Below are positions 28,809 through 37,570 of a DNA stretch of 64,000 bases, one piece after another. The position numbers and the translations under genes were made by a program. How positions within the stretch are numbered: position 1 is the stretch's first letter; each line of letters opens with the position of its first letter. The notes below the pieces were generated by a model. It was given only the letters and a program-made list of their open reading frames with translations, was not told the origin of the DNA and searched no databases. Source of the DNA: a virus. Where the stretch lies: IMG/VR virus record IMGVR_UViG_3300025012_000043, positions 32,001 through 96,000 of that record, one strand, 5' to 3'.

Positions 28809-31454
28809 TTACACATATGTTGGTATAATATTTGTGTCTATATTAATCTCCTTACCAAAATTTGCTGCCTCTCCAGCCCTAAGCGACCCAACATTAGGGT
28901 CTTTATCATAAAACACATCAATCATTATATCAGAAGGTCCCATTCTAACCTTGGCTATATTCATTGTAATATTGCCACGTTTTCCACCAAATCTACCAAT
29001 ATCATCTAATGATTTTTTAGTAAAAATAACGACCTTGGCCGCGTCTTGTGATAATTTGTACGCACCACCAACCCCCTCAACTGATCCAAACGCTTCTGAT
29101 TTATCTTTATTCTGTTGTGCAACGGTAACAATACACAACGGATCACGAGGATTCATTGCTCTATTTTGTAATAGTGAACTAGCAACATCTAATACTTCCC
29201 ATTTCTTCCCTACTTTATTATCTGATTTAATTAATTGAACATAATCAATAAACACATGTTTACATCCAAATTTTAATCTATGATATTCAATGATGCCCAT
29301 GATCTCTGAAATAGTAAAATTATTTGGCACTATAACATATCCAGGAGAAGAACGAAGCCGATTATATGAATCCATCATCTTTTGCCATTCTACTGACCCT
29401 TGAGGATACTTCCCAAGCCTAATCATCGTATTTGAAAGATCACAATCAATAGATATCATTCTTGTCCAAATGTCATCCCTAGACATTTCAGCAGAAATGA
29501 ACAATGATGGTTCCTGTGATATGGTGATGACATCATTAAACCAATTTACGGCGACAGATGTTTTACCAACACCAGTATGCGCGGCTACCATATGCACATA
29601 TCCTAATTCCAACCCAGACCAAGCTGTATTAAGTGTCGCCCATCTCTCAGATAATGGTGTACCAAGAATCGCCTTGCCGGATTTAGACCGCTCTATGTAA
29701 AGGTCTGAGAACCTATCAGCTAGATCTTGTGTTGATGATGTAACCATAGTATTTCTACGATCATTAATCTCAACTATTGAAGCACGATGTTCCTGCATGA
29801 TAACATCTACTGGTTTGTCTATATCCATAGACTCTGCCAATAATTTCGCCGCCACCTTGCTAGCACTACGTCGCATATGCAATTCTTTAATCTGTTGAAT
29901 ACAAAACTCAACATCTAAATTATGTTTCTGTAACGTTGCCCAATATTGTTGCAATGGTTTTTTAATGGTACTTAGTAAAATTTCTTCAGATATGGTGCTA
30001 TATTTCATCAAACATGAACACACAGTCTTATATAGATCTGAATTATTACGTACATAAAATTCGTGCTCAGCGATCTCGTGCCTGACAGTATAGGCAAATT
30101 CCTTATCTTCGACCATTAATTTAATAATAGTACTCTCGGCTTCCTTATTATGTATGTCCCTTGGATTTGACGAATATGTGATGAAATAATCAAGCGCATT
30201 ACAAATATTATACTTGATCTCTATATATTTAGATGCCATCTCACGATAAACCGTACTAAATTTATTAATATATTTACACACTACATCCAAGAATTTTATC
30301 TCTTCCGTTAATCCAGGTACCACACTATAAGCATTATCAATATAGAAATGGATGGGATGTACACTGGCATTAATATATTTACCAATCCCATCGGCCCCAA
30401 ATTCTTTCAATATCTCATCTGGATCTCCGCCCTGCAATACAACAAATGATACAAATATATTACCATATATAGTAAACTCATCAGCGATTTTTATCAACTC
30501 TCTCTTACCTGGCTCATCACCATCTGGTATTAATACTACTTCATTAACTTTATATTTAGACAACGCCCCAATTAAAACTGGTGATAGAAATTTAGACAGA
30601 CCACAAGTAGCTATTGTATTTTTAAGCCCGTGTGAATACATCTGTAATAAATCAATTTGTCCTTCTACCACGTTCAATTTATAATTATTATTTCTCAATT
30701 CCTTTCTAGCTAAATTAAGCCCATAAATCGAAGTCTCATCATACATCTGAGAACTTGATGATGACCCGACATATTTAACACTACCAGAAAATGGTCTTGT
30801 ATAAAATTGTGTGGCGTGTCCACTACTATTAAACACTGGGAATACTATGGCATTATCCCACATCATTGGATTACATAAATCAATGTCCTTCAAATCAGTG
30901 TATGGTATGGTAGTACCAAGTTTCCTAGTAATGGCTTCATGTAACCACTGGGTGGATACCGTATACCCTATCTTAAATGTTTTTAGGGTTTCAATATCAA
31001 TCTTACGTTCATTTACCATAAAAACAGATGAATCACCCAAATCCCCGAGAAGCGCTTCGTGGCATACTTCAACCACAGCATCATAAATTTTAGAGTGGAA
31101 GATGTGACGGGAGTCTTGCGAGGAATCGAGGAAGGGGGTTAGATCTATATTATATCGTTCAGCAAGTAACTGAGTGGCCTCAATTACTTCAACACCCTCA
31201 GCAAACTGTACGAAGTCAATCGCATTGCCGCCACGTTTACATCCGAAACAGTAAAAATAATGTTCACTTATTTCACCCGTAGTATTTACTTTGAACGATG
31301 GCACACTCTCCGAATGAAATGGGCAACAGAAGGCAGAATTAACACCCTGTACCTTACCATCTTCTCCAGTGTGCTGTTTGACCAACTCAATCAAACTTAC
31401 CTTATTTAGAACTAAACCTATAGCACCAGTCAGATTAGTTAAACGTAATCCCAT
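28809..31454 (-). CDS. DnaG primase-DnaB helicase fusion
   Basis: CHC2 finger CPFH...CFGC, TOPRIM VEGQID/DGD/DPD; helicase AAHTGVGKT, ISAEM, IDYVQL, AQQN, AKVRMG. Confidence 0.92.
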   Translation of the reverse strand: MGLRLTNLTGAIGLVLNKVSLIELVKQHTGEDGKVQGVNSAFCCPFHSESVPSFKVNTTGEISEHYFYCFGCKRGGNAIDFVQFAEGVEVIEATQLLAERYNIDLTPFLDSSQDSRHIFHSKIYDAVVEVCHEALLGDLGDSSVFMVNERKIDIETLKTFKIGYTVSTQWLHEAITRKLGTTIPYTDLKDIDLCNPMMWDNAIVFPVFNSSGHATQFYTRPFSGSVKYVGSSSSSQMYDETSIYGLNLARKELRNNNYKLNVVEGQIDLLQMYSHGLKNTIATCGLSKFLSPVLIGALSKYKVNEVVLIPDGDEPGKRELIKIADEFTIYGNIFVSFVVLQGGDPDEILKEFGADGIGKYINASVHPIHFYIDNAYSVVPGLTEEIKFLDVVCKYINKFSTVYREMASKYIEIKYNICNALDYFITYSSNPRDIHNKEAESTIIKLMVEDKEFAYTVRHEIAEHEFYVRNNSDLYKTVCSCLMKYSTISEEILLSTIKKPLQQYWATLQKHNLDVEFCIQQIKELHMRRSASKVAAKLLAESMDIDKPVDVIMQEHRASIVEINDRRNTMVTSSTQDLADRFSDLYIERSKSGKAILGTPLSERWATLNTAWSGLELGYVHMVAAHTGVGKTSVAVNWFNDVITISQEPSLFISAEMSRDDIWTRMISIDCDLSNTMIRLGKYPQGSVEWQKMMDSYNRLRSSPGYVIVPNNFTISEIMGIIEYHRLKFGCKHVFIDYVQLIKSDNKVGKKWEVLDVASSLLQNRAMNPRDPLCIVTVAQQNKDKSEAFGSVEGVGGAYKLSQDAAKVVIFTKKSLDDIGRFGGKRGNITMNIAKVRMGPSDIMIDVFYDKDPNVGSLRAGEAANFGKEINIDTNIIPTYV

Positions 31455-31503
31455 CCAGATACCTCACTTAATAAGATAAATACTTATCGCTACAAAAATC
31501 AAT

Positions 31504-32244
31504 TTAACTACTCGTCCCATAATAAGGTACATCAACCTCGAACATTTTACCTAGTTGACACATATCACACTTCCATTCCCATGAAAGATGTTCCTCCACT
31601 GGAATCCAAGTATTCGTCCAATAAAACCCAGGTTCTAATAAACCAGACTTAGGGTCGTAATCTTTACCAGTAGGTAATACACGTTTGTGAGATTTGTCTT
31701 TGATTTTTAATACCTCCTCTTGGTTTGGAGGGGGGTTAGGAGGAAGTACTAAAAACGAATCTACTACTTTTGGATCTACTGCTATGGATCTACTAAAATC
31801 GGATCCGGATTGTTTTCCGGTTATTGGCCCGGATCGCTTTCCGGTGTCAGGCCCGGATCGCTTTCCGGTTCCGGAACCGGATCCTTTTCCGGAAGGTTGT
31901 TCTTGCTTAACGTCTTCATCAAATGTTTCTTTCCATAAAAACTTATATTCATTATTATAATGTTTTAATCTATTAATGCCACTAGGTGGGATAATTTTAA
32001 TATATCCACCCATACTTAATATATGCAATAAACGATAAACTGTGTCCTCTTTCAACTTAACTTTTTCAGCTATTACAGCCTGTGATGGGTAACATCTACC
32101 ATTTTTGCCGCTATAACTTGATAATACACCATATAATAATTTGGCCGAAGGTGGTAAATCTTCGGCCTCTAATACACAATTTGGTATAAACACACCTATA
32201 AATACTTTATATGGGATAAATACATCTCCTTCTTTCATACTCAC
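31504..32244 (-). CDS. Replication initiator-like protein (N-terminal winged HTH)
   Basis: LPPSAKLLYG...CYPSQAVIA...L...GYI; central 8-aa repeats; next to primase-helicase. Confidence 0.75.
   Translation of the reverse strand: MSMKEGDVFIPYKVFIGVFIPNCVLEAEDLPPSAKLLYGVLSSYSGKNGRCYPSQAVIAEKVKLKEDTVYRLLHILSMGGYIKIIPPSGINRLKHYNNEYKFLWKETFDEDVKQEQPSGKGSGSGTGKRSGPDTGKRSGPITGKQSGSDFSRSIAVDPKVVDSFLVLPPNPPPNQEEVLKIKDKSHKRVLPTGKDYDPKSGLLEPGFYWTNTWIPVEEHLSWEWKCDMCQLGKMFEVDVPYYGTSS
31757..31799 (+). promoter_or_regulatory. Three GATCTACT-type repeats, candidate DNA unwinding element
   Basis: gaatctact 31757, ggatctact 31772, ggatctact 31786, adjacent to the iterons. Confidence 0.5.
31805..31892. repeat. 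Four 16-bp iteron-like repeats at 24-bp period
   Basis: ccggattgttttccgg, ccggatcgctttccgg (x2), ccggatccttttccgg at 31805, 31829, 31853, 31877. Confidence 0.9.
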
Positions 32245-32254
32245 CTCTTTATTA

Positions 32255-32953
32255 TTATTTTAGCCCCCATTTACGTTTATTAATCTCTCTCACCTCTCGC
32301 ATAGCCTTTTCTGTGGCTTGTCTCTCCCTAACTTCCCTAAATTCTGCGTCCATAAGTGCGACTTCTAACACAGTTGCCTTTCTAGTTGGGATATTTTTAA
32401 TCCATTGTTGAGAGCGTTCCATGGCCTCAAGCCTTCTTTGAAATTGAACTTCCTTTAATTGTTTCTGTCGTTTTAGTGCCGACATAATATATGGTAATTC
32501 TGTGCCACCATCTCTATTTTTAATATTTTCTATTATTTGTTGTACATCTTGAATATTAAATTCTGATCCAATGTCTAAAATCATTTTAAATTCTGTTTGA
32601 TTAAAATCGTGCTCTAATACAGTATTACATAAATAGTGATATACTTGTTTATGCTCATCACCCCAATCCAGCGGAAACTCTTTAACTACAGCTTTCTTAT
32701 CACACATATATTTCAATAAATTATTATAATCTGCTGACCCCATGATCGGCAAATACCAATCCTGTGTACCACCATAACTATTACAATTGTCTGATTTTTT
32801 ACGATTCCACCATGCAGCAATTACTCTAAGTACATAATTATTACCATAATATTCTATATCACAAATATCATATTGGATATCTGGGCGGATATCTTGTAAA
32901 CGTTCTAACAATTCCCTGCCAAACTTTGACATTACTCGCACATATGCCTCCAA
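32255..32953 (-). CDS. Hypothetical protein (replication module)
   Basis: 232 aa, upstream of the initiator; start uncertain. Confidence 0.55.
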   Translation of the reverse strand: MEAYVRVMSKFGRELLERLQDIRPDIQYDICDIEYYGNNYVLRVIAAWWNRKKSDNCNSYGGTQDWYLPIMGSADYNNLLKYMCDKKAVVKEFPLDWGDEHKQVYHYLCNTVLEHDFNQTEFKMILDIGSEFNIQDVQQIIENIKNRDGGTELPYIMSALKRQKQLKEVQFQRRLEAMERSQQWIKNIPTRKATVLEVALMDAEFREVRERQATEKAMREVREINKRKWGLK

Positions 32954-32965
32954 AACAGATTAAAT

Positions 32966-32995
32966 TGCCCCCACACCTTGATAGGTGTGGGGGCA
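32966..32995 (-). terminator. GC-rich hairpin, probable terminator
   Basis: Perfect 13-bp stem tgcccccacacct-tgat-aggtgtgggggca after the small-ORF array; U-tract weak. Confidence 0.55.
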
Positions 32996-33002
32996 GGTAA
33001 TA

Positions 33003-33194
33003 CTAATGTTCTCCGCGCAGCACTCTGATCATATATCCTCTAAGAGCTACTATCCTATATCTAAATTCCGGGCTTATATCTATTTTACTAGCTCTTAAAG
33101 GATTTAGTGCTACATCAGTATCTAATACTAAGTTAGTAGCTTGACGCAATCTTTCCTTTTTAGATTGAAATCCATAAATCATTGTCATAACCAT
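33003..33194 (-). CDS. Small helical-hairpin protein (array member)
   Basis: Two amphipathic helices, coupled to neighbours. Confidence 0.5.
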   Translation of the reverse strand: MVMTMIYGFQSKKERLRQATNLVLDTDVALNPLRASKIDISPEFRYRIVALRGYMIRVLRGEH

Positions 33195-33424
33195 ATGACA
33201 AAATCAATCCTTTCTATTAAATCAGTAATTCTCATACGAATATTTATCGCGTCATCAATGATGTACAAATATTTATTGGCATTGCGCAACTCACTCATAA
33301 TCTGTATCATCCTATGTATTCGAAATTCCATTTCACTAATACTTGGTGACATCATAAGGCTTATGTTGTAAATATGGAAAGCTTTTGCGTTGTAATTTAT
33401 TAATATCTCTATATAAATCATCAA
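33185..33424 (-). CDS. Small helical-hairpin protein (array member)
   Basis: Likely starts at the internal MMSPS. Confidence 0.5.
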   Translation of the reverse strand: MMIYIEILINYNAKAFHIYNISLMMSPSISEMEFRIHRMIQIMSELRNANKYLYIIDDAINIRMRITDLIERIDFVIWL

Positions 33425-33533
33425 TCTGATGAGCTATGTCACAAAATATATCATCATTTGTGGTATATAGTTGATATGCGGCTCCTATTAATCGCATCTT
33501 TACCCTGGCCAAATAAAGTAATTTATTTTCCAT
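33336..33533 (-). CDS. Small helical-hairpin protein (array member)
   Basis: MENKLLYLARVKMRL, similar to the next two ORFs. Confidence 0.6.
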   Translation of the reverse strand: MENKLLYLARVKMRLIGAAYQLYTTNDDIFCDIAHQIDDLYRDINKLQRKSFPYLQHKPYDVTKY

Positions 33534-33714
33534 ATTTTTGCTCCCAACCCAAATCTAAAATTAATACCCCAAGTTTGCAAGTAGCATTATAGATAGCCAT
33601 AATATTAACATATAATTCAGAAAATTCTCCCTTATTATCCCATTTGGAAACCAAAAGAGCAGCGATTGATAATTTGCCTCTCACCCTAGATAAGTACATC
33701 CATTTATTTCTCAT
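33523..33714 (-). CDS. Small helical-hairpin protein (array member)
   Basis: MRNKWMYLSRVRGKL. Confidence 0.6.
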   Translation of the reverse strand: MRNKWMYLSRVRGKLSIAALLVSKWDNKGEFSELYVNIMAIYNATCKLGVLILDLGWEQKYGK

Positions 33715-33940
33715 ATATACCCAATACGCGTAATTTATTAATATATATATATAATACCACTATTCTTCTTGTTATTTTATAAAAAGGTTCTTTAGACTTT
33801 GCAAGATATATTGTTCGTCTAATATCGTCATATGGCATAACAGCCTGTGCATCTAATAACTTATTTTCTATCTGTTCTAACCAGAGTTCTTTATTGATCA
33901 TATTTTCTATCTGTTCTAACCAGAGTTCTTTATTGATCAT
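33704..33940 (-). CDS. Small helical-hairpin protein with duplicated N-terminus
   Basis: MINKELWLEQIEN twice. Confidence 0.6.
   Translation of the reverse strand: MINKELWLEQIENMINKELWLEQIENKLLDAQAVMPYDDIRRTIYLAKSKEPFYKITRRIVVLYIYINKLRVLGIYEK
33862..33939. repeat. Perfect 39-bp tandem duplication
   Basis: tattttctatctgttctaaccagagttctttattgatca twice. Confidence 0.95.
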
Positions 33941-34127
33941 ATTTACACAAATTCTTACATAAATAATGATGTAATTTCCATATCTTTTTAAAAATTTTGC
34001 GACTAATTCCTTTTGAATTATTGTGTTGCCATTGACATGCCCTTAATAATAATGTGTTTATTTCTGCTAATTTTTCATGTTCGGGCCTCATATAAACACT
34101 CATCATTTTTTCCTCTTTATCGGCCAT
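33930..34127 (-). CDS. Small helical-hairpin protein (array member)
   Basis: HEKLAEINTLLLRA...IFKKIWKL. Confidence 0.5.
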   Translation of the reverse strand: MADKEEKMMSVYMRPEHEKLAEINTLLLRACQWQHNNSKGISRKIFKKIWKLHHYLCKNLCKYDQ

Positions 34128-34128
34128 A

Positions 34129-34365
34129 TTATATTATATCAGGCCGTACTAAAAACATATTGTTGATTAATTTATCAAATTTTAGTATTAAAACTGTATT
34201 ATGCGGAAATATGCCATTCAAAATCCATTGACAATGAAAAAGCTTGTTGCCTAAATAATAATCAATACGTTTACCCACTTTCTTTTTCATATTATTCCCC
34301 AATAATAACATTCGAATGACAATCAACCAAATTAATAAGTTTTGTGATAAGTATTTGTGACACAT
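34129..34365 (-). CDS. Small protein (array member)
   Basis: Probable true start at the internal MKKKVGK (about 34290). Confidence 0.4.
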   Translation of the reverse strand: MCHKYLSQNLLIWLIVIRMLLLGNNMKKKVGKRIDYYLGNKLFHCQWILNGIFPHNTVLILKFDKLINNMFLVRPDII

Positions 34366-34413
34366 TCATCGCACTTAAGAGATATAAAGCATAATGTAAT
34401 TTATAATTTAATT

Positions 34414-34909
34414 TTAACTTAATATTTTCTTCATTTCGCATATCATCTCCTCCACCCTTTCTATCGCAATTGGTGTATAATTAATTTGCTCAACTGATAC
34501 ACATATATGTATACCAGCAATATTGGTATTATTATTATGGGTGTGCCCGTGTATATTTGGCAATTCTGGATCGATCACTGGCTGATGGCTAAATATCATA
34601 TTATCAACTATAATTGGCCTTTTGTGTGCCACTATCCCCAATTTAGCCCAAAATCCTACCGATTTATGATCATGGTTACCCGTAATTAAGACAATAGTAC
34701 CCTTCAATTTCCGTGGCCATTCCCTTAAATTCTCGGCCCGGCCTAAGGCAAAATCACCAAGATGGTACACGACATCGCCCTGATTGACAACTGAATTCCA
34801 TCGCCCTATAATTTCATCATTCATTTCTTCAACAGATGCAAAGGGTCTATTACAATATTTAATAATATTAGCGTGGCCGAAAATGAGTGTCAGCAATTAG
34901 ATAAATCAT
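34414..34909 (-). CDS. Calcineurin-like metallophosphoesterase split by a +1 frameshift
   Basis: GGAGG + ATG 34909 gives MIYLIADTHF; +1 frame continues GHANIIKYCNRPF...HLGDF...GNHD...SH.P...HGHTH. Confidence 0.85.
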
Positions 34910-35144
34910 GCGGACCACCTCCTTTATACTTAGATTTAACATTCCTTGAAACAAATTTAAGATCAATTTTGTCCCATTTTCGGTCCAATATTGGGATTTT
35001 TAATTCTAAAGTTTTTTGTTTTAAAAATTTATTAGTTTCCGTATTGCCAATTAATAATGTAGCATATCCTTGCGTATTAATTTTTGGTGGTCTAACATCA
35101 AGATATATCATGTGCCGTCGTATCCTCCCACATCTTTTGGCCAT
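34890..35144 (-). CDS. Hypothetical protein
   Basis: Likely starts at MIYLDV after GGAGG. Confidence 0.45.
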   Translation of the reverse strand: MAKRCGRIRRHMIYLDVRPPKINTQGYATLLIGNTETNKFLKQKTLELKIPILDRKWDKIDLKFVSRNVKSKYKGGGPHDLSNC

Positions 35145-35461
35145 CCAATTATTTTTAATATCTTTTCACATACATTATATATTTTGAGTTCATATTTCTC
35201 TAATCCATCATCATTATCATATTCACACGGCCTTTTAATACTAAGGATTAATTTTAACATTTTACCATCAACAAGATCCGACATAGACGTTGCCTTAACA
35301 CATGAATTAAATGTCACCCAGATAAATGTTGCATCATTATCTTTTGGTCGATCATTTGCCATACTACCAACCATTTCATATAATAATAACCAAAAATGTT
35401 GTATGTCAATAATGGCCAATCTTTCAACATCAATCATTTGTTTAGACATTATTATCTCCAA
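35108..35461 (-). CDS. Hypothetical protein
   Basis: 117 aa. Confidence 0.5.
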   Translation of the reverse strand: MEIIMSKQMIDVERLAIIDIQHFWLLLYEMVGSMANDRPKDNDATFIWVTFNSCVKATSMSDLVDGKMLKLILSIKRPCEYDNDDGLEKYELKIYNVCEKILKIIGWPKDVGGYDGT

Positions 35462-35736
35462 AATTCATCATCGTGTTCACTATAAATGGTGTATCCATAA
35501 TCCTCAAGCCCTTCGATGAATTCTATAGCAAAATTTCCACCATATCGTTCAAATGCATTATAGGATGTTTTCCCTATTTTATATATGTGTATATATCCCA
35601 TACTAGTAGTAAGTAGTAAATCACCATTTTTATTTCCTTTTTTCTTTATGCGCCAACCTTTCTCACCAGCTATCCTCCGCAATATTTTTTCTGTTAAACG
35701 ATGCCCACGGCCACCGATTCTATATGCTGTGCTCAT
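35452..35736 (-). CDS. Hypothetical protein
   Basis: 94 aa, AAGGGG RBS. Confidence 0.55.
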   Translation of the reverse strand: MSTAYRIGGRGHRLTEKILRRIAGEKGWRIKKKGNKNGDLLLTTSMGYIHIYKIGKTSYNAFERYGGNFAIEFIEGLEDYGYTIYSEHDDEFWR

Positions 35737-35865
35737 TAGTCATTCCCCTTTATAACTGCTTTTGGTATCTTTGGGATTGATTATTTGACGTTGCGAATAT
35801 TGGACAATTATATAAGAAATATGTAACTTATGTGTGTGCCTTAATTAGACGAAGGGAGAATGAGA

Positions 35866-35904
35866 AGTTATCTGGCCCAGGTTAATAGTTTGGGCCAGAT
35901 AACT
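35866..35904 (-). terminator. Hairpin after exported-protein cluster
   Basis: 14-bp stem agttatctggccca / tgggccagataact, pyrimidine run after it on the minus strand. Confidence 0.55.
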
Positions 35905-35932
35905 ATTTAAAAATTAAGTACGTCGTACCTTA

Positions 35933-36286
35933 TTACCTGGTAATAGTCCCAATACTTGGAGCGCCAGGTATTGTACTTGGTGTATAGGTATATGACGAAG
36001 AAGCACATGCACCTACTTGCGTCCCATTCGTTGCATTAACATAATATACAGTAGTACCAGTCGCCTGTAATGGGCCAGTAATATTTATATTAGCCCCAGA
36101 AGTAACACTTGAAGAAGTGGCCCCATATTGGGACCCATTACATGAACCAGTCCAAGCCTTAATTTGAACTGTTATTGATACGTTATCAATAGAATATGGG
36201 GCAATTACTGGGATAGTTTCCGCATTACTTATTCCCGCTACCAGTATTAAACAACATGTTAACAGGGCTACTAGGATCTTGTGCAT
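35933..36286 (-). CDS. Exported beta-sandwich (FN3-like) protein
   Basis: Signal peptide ending ISNA; Thr/Ser-rich strands, YYVNA.N, terminal PGAP. Confidence 0.55.
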   Translation of the reverse strand: MHKILVALLTCCLILVAGISNAETIPVIAPYSIDNVSITVQIKAWTGSCNGSQYGATSSSVTSGANINITGPLQATGTTVYYVNATNGTQVGACASSSYTYTPSTIPGAPSIGTITR

Positions 36287-36773
36287 AAATATCTCCTTCT
36301 TTTGGGGTGGTGTTATCTAGTGCGTATGGTGGATCGGTGTATACCCATGGCACACTAAATGCTGATTTAAATTGTACTCCTTTGTCGTCTACTTTTACCG
36401 AAATGGCCCGCAAAGAAAATACTAATGATCCATTTGGTCTAGAATCGCGTATATAATCAACATTATGATTGTCCCATATATTCCAAGTACCAACCCATTG
36501 ATTTAAACTTGGGGTCCATTCTAACGGATTATTAATATAAGCAACTGGTACCAAACTAGTGGTATTTTGCCCAGCAAATATTTCATATCCTGTTATTTCT
36601 CTATCTGGTGTGTTATCCATCAATGTATTGTCATCATATACTGGAGGTTGATTAAATACAAGAATGTGAATAGCATTTGGGTCTCTGGGGGTATTATCAA
36701 TAACACTCCCATCACCCCCACCCCCGCCACAGCCAATTAATATAATCAACATTATTATATAAGTATATTTCAT
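36225..36773 (-). CDS. Lipoprotein with FN3-like domain
   Basis: Lipobox LIGC then GGGGG linker; ITGYEI, FSLRAI, SAFS. Confidence 0.6.
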   Translation of the reverse strand: MKYTYIIMLIILIGCGGGGGDGSVIDNTPRDPNAIHILVFNQPPVYDDNTLMDNTPDREITGYEIFAGQNTTSLVPVAYINNPLEWTPSLNQWVGTWNIWDNHNVDYIRDSRPNGSLVFSLRAISVKVDDKGVQFKSAFSVPWVYTDPPYALDNTTPKEGDIYAQDPSSPVNMLFNTGSGNK

Positions 36774-36809
36774 ATATTTTGTAATACATACAATTAATAC
36801 AAATTAATA

Positions 36810-37178
36810 TTATGGCCTACGTATTGGTGTAATTATGATCGGCTTATCTGGGGTAGTTGATGGGGTGCCAGCAGGAGGACAAGGCCACGGGAAATCTGGA
36901 CTCCATGCTGACTCTTCTAGTGTGACTAACCTTGCCATGGCAGTAAATAAATGATCTTGGCCAGCATTGGTGTGTTCAATAGTACATGAAGTATTGGTTG
37001 TGGTACATATAACAACGTTATCCATTTTTACTATATAAGTAACTGGTAATTTCTCTGGTTCTATTGAAGTATTGTCAGTGTAAGTTGTTACTGGGTCCCA
37101 GGATACAGTACGTGTTACTGCAAAAGCATTAAGAACCAAACACCCCAAAATCATTAAACATAAAAATATATGTTTCAT
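36810..37178 (-). CDS. Exported FN3-like protein
   Basis: Signal peptide ending AFA; VSWDPVTTYTD, TY.V, FTAMA, ESAWS. Confidence 0.65.
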   Translation of the reverse strand: MKHIFLCLMILGCLVLNAFAVTRTVSWDPVTTYTDNTSIEPEKLPVTYIVKMDNVVICTTTNTSCTIEHTNAGQDHLFTAMARLVTLEESAWSPDFPWPCPPAGTPSTTPDKPIIITPIRRP

Positions 37179-37187
37179 TTTGGCACC

Positions 37188-37406
37188 TCATTCTAATAGA
37201 TGGTCCAATTGGTTACATGATCTCCAAGCATATAATTCCCACGGGCCTAAATATCCGGCAATTTGGTTTTCTTTTGTGGCAAAGGTTTGAGCAGTTCGAT
37301 ACCCTTCTTCCCATGAAATAAAACAGTCTCTGTGCCATGGACGATCATAAATATCTTTTCTATGCCACCACCTAATTGGTCTTTTACACCCAACGCAGGT
37401 TTCCAT
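37188..37406 (-). CDS. Small Zn-finger protein
   Basis: CVGC...WHRDC; GGGAGG RBS. Confidence 0.5.
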   Translation of the reverse strand: METCVGCKRPIRWWHRKDIYDRPWHRDCFISWEEGYRTAQTFATKENQIAGYLGPWELYAWRSCNQLDHLLE

Positions 37407-37570
37407 GATGCCCTCCCTTTCATTCTAGTTTAAATACCATAATAAAAGAAGTGACACTATTGAGTGCCCTAATTGTGTTCTGCATCATGCCAACTACTTC
37501 CCATCCTTGAAATAGATAGTCATCCACATAATCAGTAAGTACATATCTAAATAAGAATCGTTCTGGATAA

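Noticed and set aside
31805-33939. Possible CRISPR array for the TnpB/Cas12f-like gene
   Set aside because: The 24-bp-period repeats have only 8-bp spacers inside a CDS and the 39-bp repeat has no spacer; no array seen near tnpB
33003-34369. Diversity-generating retroelement driving the microprotein array
   Set aside because: No reverse transcriptase and no template/variable repeat pair seen in the window
35737-35932. tRNA or structured ncRNA in one of the larger intergenic gaps
   Set aside because: Only a terminator-like hairpin and a TATAAT-like box seen; no cloverleaf, though a covariance search was not run
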